Source: the human T2T-CHM13v2.0 reference genome, Homo sapiens. From it: a stretch of DNA of 64,000 bases. Position numbers and translations under genes: made by a program. Numbering within the stretch: position 1 is the first letter of the stretch; every line of letters starts with the position of its first letter. The stretch covers positions 42,080,001-42,144,000 of the forward strand of contig CP086569.2 in assembly GCA_009914755.4 (NCBI GenBank). Direction: 5' to 3'. The notes under the pieces were generated by a model, which was not told where the DNA came from, searched no databases, and saw only the letters and a program-made list of their open reading frames with translations. Positions 43,282 to 57,447 of the stretch are shown piece by piece.

Positions 43282-46200
43282 ATGGAGTCAAATGGAATGG
43301 TCTGGAATGGAATGAACACGAATGTAATGCAACCCAATAGAATGGAATCGAATGGCATGGAATATAAAGAAATGGAATCGAAGAGAATGGAAACAAAGGG
43401 AATGGAATTGAATGGAATGGAATTGAATGGAATGGGAACGAATGGAGTGAAATTGTATGCAGTAGAAGAGAATAGAATGGAATGCAAGCGAAAGGAAAGG
43501 AATGGATTGGAATGGAATGGAATTCATTGGAATGGAAGGGAATGTAGTGTAATGGACAGGCCTGGAATAAAGTGGAATGCTACGGTCTCGAATGGAATAA
43601 AAATGTATGGAATGGAATGCAATGAAACGGAATCGAATGTCATAGAATGTAATGGAATGCAAAAAAATGGAATCCAAAATCATTGACTGGAAAGGCTGGG
43701 TGTCGAAAGGAATTGACTCCAATGGAATGGAATCGAATGGAATGGAAGTGAATAGAATCGAACTAAATCGAATGGAATGGAATTGATAGGAACGGAATGG
43801 AAAGGAATGCAATGATTTGGCATGGAATGGAATCGAATGGCATCGAATGGAATGGAATGGAATGCAATGGAATGGAATGTATTAGAATGTAATGAACTTT
43901 AATGGAATGTACTCGAATGGATTCGACTGGAATGGAATGTTCTGGAAGTGAATGGACTCCAATGGAATGGATTCAAAAGGAATGGAATCGTACGGAATGG
44001 AATCTAATGGAATGGAATTAAATGGAAATGAATCAAATTGAATAGCACGGAATTGAATTGAATGGAATGGAATGCAATGGAATCTAATGAAACGGAAAGG
44101 AAAGGAATGGAATGGAATGGAATGGGCTGGAATGGAAAGGAATCGAAACGAATGGAATGGAATCGAACTGAAGAGACTGGAATGGAATGCACTGGAATGG
44201 AAGGGAGTGTAATGGAAGGTTGTCGAAAAAAATGGAATCGAATGGAATGGAATTGAATGGAACGGAATAGAGTCGAATGGAATTGAATGGAATGGAATGG
44301 ACTAGAGTGAAATGGAATCGAACCACAAGGAATGGACAGGAATAGAATGGTCTCGAATTGAATGGAATCGTATGGAATGGCATCAAACGGAATGGAATGG
44401 ACAGCCACGGAATGGAATGCACTCGAATGCAATGGAGTCGAAACTAATGGACTGGAATAGAATGGACTCGACTGGTACGGACTCCAATGGAATGGAATCG
44501 AATGAAATGGAGTCAAAAGGAATGGAATCGAATGGCAAGAAATCGAATGTAATGGAATCGCCAGGAATTGATGTGAACGGAACGGAATGGAATGGAATCC
44601 AAAGGAATGGAATAGAATGGAATGGAATCGAATGGAAAGGACTCGAATGGAAATCACTCGAATAGAATGCAATTTAATAAAATAGGATCAAATGTAATGG
44701 AATGGAATGGAAAGGAATCGAAACGAAAGGAATGGAGACAGATGGAATGGAATGGAACAGAGAGCAATGGTATAGAATGGAATGGAATGATCTGGAATGG
44801 AATTGAATGGAATGGAATAATATGAAATGGAATGGAATGGAATGGAATGGAATGCCCTTGAATTAAATGGACTGGAATGGAATGGACTCAAACAGAGTGG
44901 AATGGAAAGTGTGGAGATAGAATGGAATGAACTCCTTTGGAATGGTGTAGTATGCAATGCAATCGACTGGCAGGGAATCAAAAGGAATGTAATCGAATGG
45001 ATTGGACTGGAATGCAATGGACTCGAATAGATTGGAAACGGAATGCAAAGGAATGGAATGGAATAGTATGGAATGCAATGGAAGGGAATGGAGTGGAATA
45101 GACTAGAGTGGAATGGAATGGACTGGAAAGCAATGGACTGGAATGGAACTTTCTTGGATGGACTGGAATCAAACGGAATGGAATGCAGTGCAATCAAATG
45201 GCATGGAATAAAATAGAATGAAAGAGAATCAAATGGAATTGAATCGAATGGAATCGAATGGATTGGAAAGGAATAGAATGGAATGGAATGGAATTGACTC
45301 AAATGGAATGGACTAGAATGGAATGGATTCGAATGGAAGGCAAAGGAATGGAATCTATTGGAATGGACTGTAATGGAATGGAATGGAAGGGATTGGAATG
45401 GACTCGAATGGAATGGACTGCAATAGAAAGGATTCGAATGGAATGAAAAAGAATTGAATGGAATAGAACAGAATGGAATCAAATCGAATGAAATGGAATG
45501 GAATAGAAAGGAATGGAATGAAATGGAATGGAAAGGATTCGAATGGAATGCAATCGAATGGAATGGAATCGAACGGAATGGAATAAAATGGAAGAAAACT
45601 GGCAAGAAATGGAATCGAAATGAATGGAGTGTTATGGAACGGACTCAAAAGGAATTGAATGTAATAGAATGGAGTGGAGTGGACTCGAATATAATGGACT
45701 GGAATGGAATGAAATCACATGGAATGGGAACGAATGGAATGGAATGGAAAGGAATGGAATCGAATGGAAAGGAATCGAATGGAAGGGAATGAAATTGAAT
45801 CAACACGAATGGAAGGGAATAGAATAGACTGTAATGGAATGGACTCGAATAGAATGGACACGAATGCTCAAATTAAATGGACTCGAATGGAATGGAAACG
45901 AAAGGAATGTCATCGAATGGAATTGAATCGATTGGAATGAAATCGCATAGAATGGAGTGGAATCAAATGGAATTGAATCGAAAGGAAAGGAAGCGAATGG
46001 ACTGAAATGAAATGGAATGGAATTGAATGGAAAGTAATGCAATGGAATAGAATGGAACGAAATTTCACGGAATGGAATCAAACTGAATGGAATCAAATCA
46101 ATGGAATCAAATCAAATGGAATGGAAAGGAATTGAATGGAGTAGATGGGATTGGATGGGATTGGAATGAAATGTACTGGAAAGGACTCGAATTTCATGAA

Positions 46201-46730
46201 ACGGAATGGAATGAATTGGAACGGAATGGACTCGAATGGAATGGAATGTCATGGGATGGCATCAAATGGAATGGCATCAAATGGAATGGAATCGAATGCA
46301 ATGGAATGCTATGGAATGGAACGGAATGCATTGGAATGGAATGTCCTCTAATGGAATGGATTCGAGTGGAATGGAATTGAATATAATGGAGTCGAATGAA
46401 ATGGAATTGAAAGGAATGGGATCGAATACAATGGAATATACTGGAATGTAACGTAATGAACTCGAATGTAATTGACTGGAATGGAATGTACATGAATGGA
46501 ATGTAATCGAATGGAAAGTAATCCAATGGAATAGAATCTAATGCAATAAAATCGACTCAGATAGAGTAGAATGTAATGGAATGGAGTGCAGTGCAATGGA
46601 ATGGAATGGAATGGAATGCAATGGAATGGAATGGAATGGAATGGGATGGAATGGTATGGAATGGATAGTAATAGACTGGAGTGAAATGGACTGGAAAGGA
46701 ATGGACTCAAATTGAAAGGGCTCGAAAGGA
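43282..46730 (+). repeat. HOR unit 13 (3449 bp), C background, carrying a 110-bp internal deletion
   Basis: Anchor spacing 43282->46731 is 3449 versus ~3559 in neighbours. Sequence at 44489-44520 jumps from 'ggaatggaatcgaatg' directly to 'aaatggagtcaaaagg'. Confidence 0.85.
44489..44520 (+). other. Junction of a 110-bp deletion within HOR unit 13, bounded by direct repeats of 'ggaatggaatcgaatg'
   Basis: In unit 12 the two 'ggaatggaatcgaatg' copies lie at ~40930 and ~41040, 110 bp apart. In unit 13 only one remains and the intervening 'gacgggaatcgaacggaagggaatcgaacggaatggactcgaagggaaaagactgcaatggaaaggtctcgaatggaatggaaattaatggaatggaatggaatcgaat' is absent. Confidence 0.8.
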
Positions 46731-49700
46731 ATGGAGTCAAATGGAATGGTCTGGAATGGAATGAACACGAATGTAATGCAACCCAATAGAATGGAATCGA
46801 ATGGCATGGAATATAAAGAAATGGAATCGAAGAGAATGGAAACAAATGGAATGGAATTGAATGGAATGGAATTGAATGGAATGGGAACGAATGGAGTGAA
46901 ATTGTATGCAGTAGAAGAGAATAGAATGGAATGCAAGCGAAAGGAAAGGAATGGATTGGAATGGAATGGAATTCATTGGAATGGAAGGGAATGTAGTGTA
47001 ATGGACAGGCCTGGAATAAAGTGGAATGCTACGGTCTCGAATGGAATAAAAATGTATGGAATGGAATGCAATGAAACGGAATCGAATGTCATAGAATGTA
47101 ATGGAATGCAAAAAAATGGAATCCAAAATCATTGACTGGAAAGGCTGGGTGTCGAAAGGAATTGACTCCAATGGAATGGAATCGAATGGAATGGAAGTGA
47201 ATAGAATCGAACTAAATCGAATGGAATGGAATTGATAGGAACGGAATGGAAAAGAATGCAATGATTTGGCATGGAATGGAATCGAATGGCATCGAATGGA
47301 ATGGAATGGAATGCAATGGAATGGAATGTATTAGAATGGAATGAACTTTAATGGAATGTACTCGAATGGATTCGACTGGAATGGAATGTTCTGGAAGTGA
47401 ATGGACTCCAATGGAATGGATTCAAAAGGAATGGAATCGTACGGAATGGAATCTAATGGAATGGAATTAAATGGAAATGAATCAAATTGAATAGCACGGA
47501 ATTGAATTGAATGGAATCGAATGCAATGGAATCTAATGAAACGGAAAGGAAAGGAATGGAATGGAATGGAATGGGCTGGAATGGAAAGGAATCGAAACGA
47601 ATGGAATGGAATCGAAGTGAAGAGACTGGAATGGAATGCACTGGAATGGAAGGGAGTGTAATGGAAGGTTCTCGAAAAAAATGGAATCGAATGGAATGGA
47701 ATTGAATGGAACGGAATAGAGTCGAATGGAATTGAATGGAATGGAATGGACTAGAGTGAAATGGAATCGAACCACAAGGAATGGACAGGAATAGAATGGT
47801 CTCGAATTGAATGGAATCGTATGGAATGGCATCAAACGGAATGGAATGGACAGCAACGGAATGGAATGCACTCGAATGCAATGGAGTCGAAACAAATGGA
47901 CTGGAATAGAATGGACTCGACTGGTACGGACTCCAATGGAATGGAATCGAATGGAAGGGAATCGAACGGAAGGGAATCGAACGGAATGGACTCGAAGGGA
48001 AAAGACTGCAATGGAAAGGTCTCGAATGGAATGGAAATTAATGGAATGGAATGGAATCGAATGAAATGGAGTCAAAAGGAATGGAATCGAATGGCAAGAA
48101 ATCGAATGTAATGGAATCGCCAGGAATTGATGTGAACGGAACGGAATGGAATGGAATCCAAAGGAATGGAATAGAATGGAATGGAATCGAATGGAAAGGA
48201 CTCGAATGGAAATCACTCGAATAGAATGCAATTTAATAAAATAGGATCAAATGTAATGGAATGGAATGGAAAGGAATCGAAACGAAAGGAATGGAGACAG
48301 ATGGAATGGAATGGAACAGAGAGCAATGGTATAGAATGGAATGGAATCATCTGGAATGGAATTGAATGGAATGGAATAATATGAAATGGAATGGAATGGA
48401 ATGGAATGGAATGCCCTTGAATTAAATGGACTGGAATGGAATGGACTCAAACAGAGTGGAATGGAAAGTGTGGAGATAGAATGGAATGAACTCCTTTGGA
48501 ATGGTGTAGTATGCAATGCAATCGACTGGCAGGGAATCAAAAGGAATGTAATCGAATGGATTGGACTGGAATGCAATGGACTCGAATAGATTGTAAACGG
48601 AATGCAAAGGAATGGAATGGAATAGTATGGAATGCAATGGAAGGGAATGGAGTGGAATAGACTAGAGTGGAATGGAATGGACTGGAAAGCACTGGACTGG
48701 AATGGAACTTTCTTGGATGGACTGGAATCAAACGGAATGGAATGCAATGCAATCAAATGGCATGGAATAAAATAGAATGAAAGAGAATCAAATGGAATTG
48801 AATCGAATGGAATCGAATGGATTGGAAAGGAATAGAATGGAATGGAATGGAATTGACTCAAATGGAATGGACTAGAATGGAATGGATTCGAATGGAAGGC
48901 AAAGGAATGGAATCTATTGGAATGGACTGTAATGGAATGGAATGGAAGGGATTGGAATGGACTCGAATTTAATGGACTGCAATAGAAAGGATTCGAATGG
49001 AATGAAAAAGAATTGAATGGAATAGAACAGAATGGAATCAAATCGAATGAAATGGAATGGAATAGAAAGGAATGGAATGAAATGGAATGGAAAGGATTCG
49101 AATGGAATGCAATCGAATGGAATGGAATCGAACGGAATGGAATAAAATGGAAGAAAACTGGCAAGAAATGGAATCGAAATGAATGGAGTGTTATGGAACG
49201 GACTCAAAAGGAATTGAATGTAATAGAATGGAGTGGAGTGGACTCGAATATAATGGACTGGAATGGAATGAAATCACATGGAATGGGAACGAATGGAATG
49301 GAATGGAAAGGAATGGAATCGAATGGAAAGGAATCGAATGGAAGGGAATGAAATTGAATCAACACGAATGGAAGGGAATAGAATAGACTGTAATGGAATG
49401 GACTCGAATAGAATGGACACGAATGCTCAAATTAAATGGACTCGAATGGAATGGAAACGAAAGGAATGTCATCGAATGGAATTGAATCGATTGGAATGAA
49501 ATCGCATAGAATGGAGTGGAATCAAATGGAATTGAATCGAAAGGAAAGGAAGCGAATGGACTGAAATGAAATGGAATGGAATTGAATGGAAAGTAATGCA
49601 ATGGAATAGAATGGAACGAAATTTCACGGAATGGAATCAAACTGAATGGAATCAAATCAATGGAATCAAATCAAATGGAATGGAAAGGAATTGAATGGAG

Positions 49701-50289
49701 TAGATGGGATTGGATGGGATTGGAATGAAATGTACTGGAAAGGACTCGAATTTCATGAAACGGAATGGAATGAATTGGAACGGAATGGACTCGAATGGAA
49801 TGGAATGTCATGGGATGGCATCAAATGGAATGGCATCAAATGGAATGGAATCGAATGCAATGGAATGCTATGGAATGGAATGGAATGCATTGGAATGGAA
49901 TGTCCTCTAATGGAATGGATTCGAGTGGAATGGAATTGAATATAATGGAGTCGAATGAAATGGAATTGAAAGGAATGGGATCGAATACAATGGAATATAC
50001 TGGAATGTAACGTAATGAACTCGAATGTAATTGACTGGAATGGAATGTACATGAATGGAATGTAATCGAATGGAAAGTAATCCAATGGAATAGAATCTAA
50101 TGCAATAAAATCGACTCAGATAGAGTAGAATGTAATGGAATGGAGTGCAGTGCAATGGAATGGAATGGAATGGAATGCAATGGAATGGAATGGAATGGAA
50201 TGGAATGGAATGGTATGGAATGGATAGTAATAGACTGGAGTGAAATGGACTGGAAAGGAATGGACTCAAATTGAAAGGGCTCGAAAGGA
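46731..50289 (+). repeat. HOR unit 14 (3559 bp), subtype C. Most private substitutions of any copy.
   Basis: Anchor recurrence. Private changes e.g. 'ggaatcgaatgcaatgg' ~47510, 'cagcaacgg' ~47851, 'gattgtaaacgg' ~48591, 'aaagcactgg' ~48688, 'ctcgaatttaatgg' ~48964. Confidence 0.85.
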
Positions 50290-53200
50290 ATGGAGTCAAA
50301 TGGAATGGTCTGGAATGGAATGAACACGAATGTAATGCAACCCAATAGAATGGAATCGAATGGCATGGAATATAAAGAAATGGAATCGAAGAGAATGGAA
50401 ACAAAGGGAATGGAATTGAATGGAATGGAATTGAATGGAATGGGAACGAATGGAGTGAAATTGTATGCAGTAGAAGAGAATAGAATGGAATGCAAGCGAA
50501 AGGAAAGGAATGGATTGGAATGGAATGGAATTCATTGGAATGGAAGGGAATGTAGTGTAATGGACAGGCCTGGAATAAAGTGGAATGCTACGGTCTCGAA
50601 TGGAATAAAAATGTATGGAATGGAATGCAATGAAACGGAATCGAATGTCATAGAATGTAATGGAATGCAAAAAAATGGAATCCAAAATCATTGACTGGAA
50701 AGGCTGGGTGTCGAAAGGAATTGACTCCAATGGAATGGAATCGAATGGAATGGAAGTGAATAGAATCGAACTAAATCGAATGGAATGGAATTGATAGGAA
50801 CGGAATGGAAAGGAATGCAATGATTTGGCATGGAATGGAATCGAATGGCATCGAATGGAATGGAATGGAATGCAATGGAATGGAATGTATTAGAATGTAA
50901 TGAACTTTAATGGAATGTACTCGAATGGATTCGACTGGAATGGAATGTTCTGGAAGTGAATGGACTCCAATGGAATGGATTCAAAAGGAATGGAATCGTA
51001 CGGAATGGAATCTAATGGAATGGAATTAAATGGAAATGAATCAAATTGAATAGCACGGAATTGAATTGAATGGAATGGAATGCAATGGAATCTAATGAAA
51101 CGGAAAGGAAAGGAATGGAATGGAATGGAATGGGCTGGAATGGAAAGGAATCGAAACGAATGGAATGGAATCGAACTGAAGAGACTGGAATGGAATGCAC
51201 TGGAATGGAAGGGAGTGTAATGGAAGGTTCTCGAAAAAAATGGAATCGAATGGAATGGAATTGAATGGAACGGAATAGAGTCGAATGGAATTGAATGGAA
51301 TGGAATGGACTAGAGTGAAATGGAATCGAACCACAAGGAATGGACAGGAATAGAATGGTCTCGAATTGAATGGAATCGTATGGAATGGCATCAAACGGAA
51401 TGGAATGGACAGCCACGGAATGGAATGCACTCGAATGCAATGGAGTCGAAACTAATGGACTGGAATAGAATGGACTCGACTGGTACGGACTCCAATGGAA
51501 TGGAATCGAATGGAAGGGAATCGAACGGAAGGGAATCGAACGGAATGGACTCGAAGGGAAAAGACTGCAATGGAAAGGTCTCGAATGGAATGGAAATTAA
51601 TGGAATGGAATGGAATCGAATGAAATGGAGTCAAAAGGAATGGAATCGAATGGCAAGAAATCGAATGTAATGGAATCGCCAGGAATTGATGTGAACGGAA
51701 CGGAATGGAATGGAATCCAAAGGAATGGAATAGAATGGAATGGAATCGAATGGAAAGGACTCGAATGGAAATCACTCGAATAGAATGCAATTTAATAAAA
51801 TAGGATCAAATGTAATGGAATGGAATGGAAAGGAATCGAAACGAAAGGAATGGAGACAGATGGAATGGAATGGAACAGAGAGCAATGGTATAGAATGGAA
51901 TGGAATCATCTGGAATGGAATTGAATGGAATGGAATAATATGAAATGGAATGGAATGGAATGGAATGGAATGCCCTTGAATTAAATGGACTGGAATGGAA
52001 TGGACTCAAACAGAGTGGAATGGAAAGTGTGGAGATAGAATGGAATGAACTCCTTTGGAATGGTGTAGTATGCAATGCAATCGACTGGCAGGGAATCAAA
52101 AGGAATGTAATCGAATGGATTGGACTGGAATGCAATGGACTCGAATAGATTGGAAACGGAATGCAAAGGAATGGAATGGAATAGTATGGAATGCAATGGA
52201 AGGGAATGGAGTGGAATAGACTAGAGTGGAATGGAATGGACTGGAAAGCAATGGACTGGAATGGAACATTCTTGGATGGACTGGAATCAAACGGAATGGA
52301 ATGCAGTGCAATCAAATGGCATGGAATAAAATAGAATGAAAGAGAATCAAATGGAATTGAATCGAATGGAATCGAATGGATTGGAAAGGAATAGAATGGA
52401 ATGGAATGGAATTGACTCAAATGGAATGGACTAGAATGGAATGGATTCGAATGGAAGGCAAAGGAATGGAATCTATTGGAATGGACTGTAATGGAATGGA
52501 ATGGAAGGGATTGGAATGGACTCGAATGGAATGGACTGCAATAGAAAGGATTCGAATGGAATGAAAAAGAATTGAATGGAATAGAACAGAATGGAATCAA
52601 ATCGAATTAAATGGAATGGAATAGAAAGGAATGGAATGAAATGGAATGGAAAGGATTCGAATGGAATGCAATCGAATGGAATGGAATCGAACGGAATGGA
52701 ATAAAATGGAAGAAAACTGGCAAGAAATGGAATCGAAATGAATGGAGTGTTATGGAACGGACTCAAAAGGAATTGAATGTAATAGAATGGAGTGGAGTGG
52801 ACTCGAATATAATGGACTGGAATGGAATGAAATCACATGGAATGGGAACGAATGGAATGGAATGGAAAGGAATGGAATCGAATGGAAAGGAATCGAATGG
52901 AAGGGAATGAAATTGAATCAACACGAATGGAAGGGAATAGAATAGACTGTAATGGAATGGACTCGAATAGAATGGACACGAATGCTCAAATTAAATGGAC
53001 TCGAATGGAATGGAAACGAAAGGAATGTCATCGAATGGAATTGAATCGATTGGAATGAAATAGCATAGAATGGAGTGGAATCAAATGGAATTGAATCGAA
53101 AGGAAAGGAAGCGAATGGACTGAAATGAAATGGAATGGAATTGAATGGAAAGTAATGCAATGGAATAGAATGGAACGAAATTTCACGGAATGGAATCAAA

Positions 53201-53873
53201 CTGAATGGAATCAAATCAATGGAATCAAATCAAATGGAATGGAAAGGAATTGAATGGAGTAGATGGGATTGGATGGGATTGGAATGAAATGTACTGGAAA
53301 GGACTCGAATTTCATGAAACGGAATGGAATGAATTGGAACGGAATGGACTCGAATGGAATGGAATGTCATGGGATGGCATCAAATGGAATGACATCAAAT
53401 GGAATGGAATCGAATGCAATGGAATGCTATGGAATGGAATGGAATGCATTGGAATGGAATGTCCTCTAATGGAATGGATTCGAGTGGAATGGAATTGAAT
53501 ATAATGGAGTCGAATGAAATGGAATTGAAAGGAATGGGATCGAATACAATGGAATACACTGGAATGTAACGTAATGAACTCGAATGTAATTGACTGGAAT
53601 GGAATGTACATGAATGGAATGTAATCGAATGGAAAGTAATCCAATGGAATAGAATCTAATGCAATAAAATCGACTCAGATAGAGTAGAATGTAATGGAAT
53701 GGAGTGCAGTGCAATGGAATGGAATGGAATGGAATGCAATGGAATGGAATGGAATGGAATGGAATGGAATGGAATGGAATGGAATGGGATGGAATGGTAT
53801 GGAATGGATAGTAATGGACTGGAGTGAAATGGACTGGAAAGGAATGGACTCAAATTGAAAGGGCTCGAAAGGA
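50290..53873 (+). repeat. HOR unit 15 (3584 bp), subtype C. Last unit with the 'ggaaacaaagggaatgg' variant.
   Basis: Anchor recurrence. C-form at ~51520. 'aatgacatcaaatgg' (flank-type) at ~53390. Confidence 0.85.
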
Positions 53874-56800
53874 ATGGAGTCAAATGGAATGGTCTGGAAT
53901 GGAATGAACACGAATGTAATGCAACCCAATAGAATGGAATCGAATGGCATGGAATATAAAGAAATGGAATCGAAGAGAATGGAAACAAATGGAATGGAAT
54001 TGAATGGAATGGAATTGAATGGAATGGGAACGAATGGAGTGAAATTGTATGCAGTAGAAGAGAATAGAATGGAATGCAAGCGAAAGGAAAGGAATGGATT
54101 GGAATGGAATGGAATTCATTGGAATGGAAGGGAATGTAGTGTAATGGACAGGCCTGGAATAAAGTGGAATGCTACGGTCTCGAATGGAATAAAAATGTAT
54201 TGAATGGAATGCAATGAAACGGAATCGAATGTCATAGAATGTAATGGAATGCAAAAAAATGGAATCCAAAATCATTGACTGGAAAGGCTGGGTGTCGAAA
54301 GGAATTGACTCCAATGGAATGGAATCGAATGGAATGGAAGTGAATAGAATCGAACTAAATCGAATGGAATGGAATTGATAGGAACGGAATGGAAAGGAAT
54401 GCAATGATTTGGCATGGAATGGAATCGAATGGCATCGAATGGAATGGAATGGAATGCAATGGAATGGAATGTATTAGAATGTAATGAACTTTAATGGAAT
54501 GTACTCGAATGGATTCGACTGGAATGGAATGTTCTGGAAGTGAATGGACTCCAATGGAATGGATTCAAAAGGAATGGAATCGTACGGAATGGAATCTAAT
54601 GGAATGGAATTAAATGGAAATGAATCAAATTGAATAGCACGGAATTGAATTGAATGGAATCGAATGCAATGGAATCTAATGAAACGGAAAGGAAAGGAAT
54701 GGAATGGAATGGAATGGGCTGGAATGGAAAGGAATCGAAACGAATGGAATGGAATCGAACTGAAGAGACTGGAATGGAATGCACTGGAATGGAAGGGAGT
54801 GTAATGGAAGGTTCTCGAAAAAAATGGAATCGAATGGAATGGAATTGAATGGAACGGAATAGAGTCGAATGGAATTGAATGGAATGGAATGGACTAGAGT
54901 GAAATGGAATCGAACCACAAGGAATGGACAGGAATAGAATGGTCTCGAATTGAATGGAATCGTATGGAATGGCATCAAACGGAATGGAATGGACAGCCAC
55001 GGAATGGAATGCACTCGAATGCAATGGAGTCGAAACTAATGGACTGGAATAGAATGGACTCGACTGGTACGGACTCCAATGGAATGGAATCGAATGGAAG
55101 GGAATCGAACGGAATGGAATCGAACGGAATGGACTCGAAGGGAAAAGACTGCAATGGAAAGGTCTCGAATGGAATGGAAATTAATGGAATGGAATGGAAT
55201 CGAATGAAATGGAGTCAAAAGGAATGGAATCGAATGGCAAGAAATCGAATGTAATGGAATCGCCAGGAATTGATGTGAACGGAACGGAATGGAATGGAAT
55301 CCAAAGGAATGGAATAGAATGGAATGGAATCGAATGGAAAGGACTCGAATGGAAATCACTCGAATAGAATGCAATTTAATAAAATAGGATCAAATGTAAT
55401 GGAATGGAATGGAAAGGAATCGAAACGAAAGGAATGGAGACAGATGGAATGGAATGGAACAGAGAGCAATGGTATAGAATGGAATGGAATCATCTGGAAT
55501 GGAATTGAATGGAATGGAATAATATGAAATGGAATGGAATGGAATGGAATGGAATGCCCTTGAATTAAATGGACTGGAATGGAATGGACTCAAACAGAGT
55601 GGAATGGAAAGTGTGGAGATAGAATGGAATGAACTCCTTTGGAATGGTGTAGTATGCAATGCAATCGACTGGCAGGGAATCAAAAGGAATGTAATCGAAT
55701 GGATTGGACTGGAATGCAATGGACTCGAATAGATTGGAAACGGAATGCAAAGGAATGGAATGGAATAGTATGGAATGCAATGGAAGGGAATGGAGTGGAA
55801 TAGACTAGAGTGGAATGGAATGGACTGGAAAGCAATGGACTGGAATGGAACTTTCTTGGATGGACTGGAATCAAACGGAATGGAATGCAATGCAATCAAA
55901 TGGCATGGAATAAAATAGAATGAAAGAGAATCAAATGGAATTGAATCGAATGGAATCGAATGGATTGGAAAGGAATAGAATGGAATGGAATGGAATTGAC
56001 TCAAATGGAATGGACTAGAATGGAATGGATTCGAACGGAAAGCAAAGGAATGGAATCTATTGGAATGGACTGTAATGGAATGGAATGGAAGGGATTGGAA
56101 TGGACTCGAATGGAATGGACTGCAATAGAAAGGATTCGAATGGAATGAAAAAGAATTGAATGGAATAGAACAGAATGGAATCAAATCGAATGAAATGGAA
56201 TGGAATAGAAAGGAATGGAATGAAATGGAATGGAAAGGATTCGAATGGAATGCAATCGAATGGAATGGAATCGAACGGAATGGAATAAAATGGAAGAAAA
56301 CTGGCAAGAAATGGAATCGAAATGAATGGAGTGTTATGGAACGGACTCAAAAGGAATTGAATGTAATAGAATGGAGTGGAGTGGACTCGAATATAATGGA
56401 CTGGAATGGAATGAAATCACATGGAATGGGAACGAATGGAATGGAATGGAAAGGAATGGAAACGAATGGAAAGGAATCGAATGGAAGGGAATGAAATTGA
56501 ATCAACACGAATGGAAGGGAATAGAATAGACTGTAATGGAATGGACTCGAATAGAATGGACACGAATGCTCAAATTAAATGGACTCGAATGGAATGGAAA
56601 CGAAAGGAATGTCATCGAATGGAATTGAATCGATTGGAATGAAATCGCATAGAATGGAGTGGAATCAAATGGAATTGAATCGAAAGGAAAGGAAGCGAAT
56701 GGACTGAAATGAAATGGAATGGAATTGAATGGAAAGTAATGCAATGGAATAGAATGGAACGAAATTTCACGGAATGGAATCAAACTGAATGGAATCAAAT

Positions 56801-57447
56801 CAATGGAATCAAATCAAATGGAATGGAAAGGAATTGAATGGAGTAGATGGGATTGGATGGGATTGGAATGAAATGTACTGGAAAGGACTCGAATTTCATG
56901 AAACGGAATGGAATGAATTGGAACGGAATGGACTCGAATGGAATGGAATGTCATGGGATGGCATCAAATGGAATGACATCAAATGGAATGGAATCGAATG
57001 CAATGGAATGCTATGGAATGGAATGGAATGCATTGGAATGGAATGTCCGCTAATGGAATGGATTCGAGTGGAATGGAATTGAATATAATGGAGTCGAATG
57101 AAATGGAATTGAAAGGAATGGGATCGAATACAATGGAATATACTGGAATGTAACGTAATGAACTCGAATGTAATTGACTGGAATGGAATGTACATGAATG
57201 GAATGTAATCGAATGGAAAGTAATCCAATGGAATAGAATCTAATGCAATAAAATCGACTCAGATAGAGTAGAATGTAATGGAATGGAGTGCAGTGCAATG
57301 GAATGGAATGGAATGCAATGGAATGGAATGGAATGGAATGGAATGGAATGGAATGGAATGGGATGGAATGGTATGGAATGGATAGTAATGGACTGGAGTG
57401 AAATGGACTGGAAAGGAATGGACTCAAATTGAAAGGGCTCGAAAGGA
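53874..57447 (+). repeat. HOR unit 16 (3574 bp), subtype A
   Basis: Anchor recurrence. A-form 'ggaatcgaacggaatggaatcgaacggaatggactcg' at ~55100-55136. 'atgtattgaatgg' substitution at ~54196. Confidence 0.85.

Noticed and set aside
47510-54672. Possible 2-unit-offset relationship between units 14 and 16, which share 'ggaatcgaatgcaatgg' at ~47510 and ~54655
   Set aside because: This rests on a single substitution, seen on both strands as the 'MESNAMESNET' and 'AFDSIQF' ORF variants. The other variants of units 14 and 16 are not shared. It is too weak to call a duplication and could be a recurrent mutation or a very short conversion tract.
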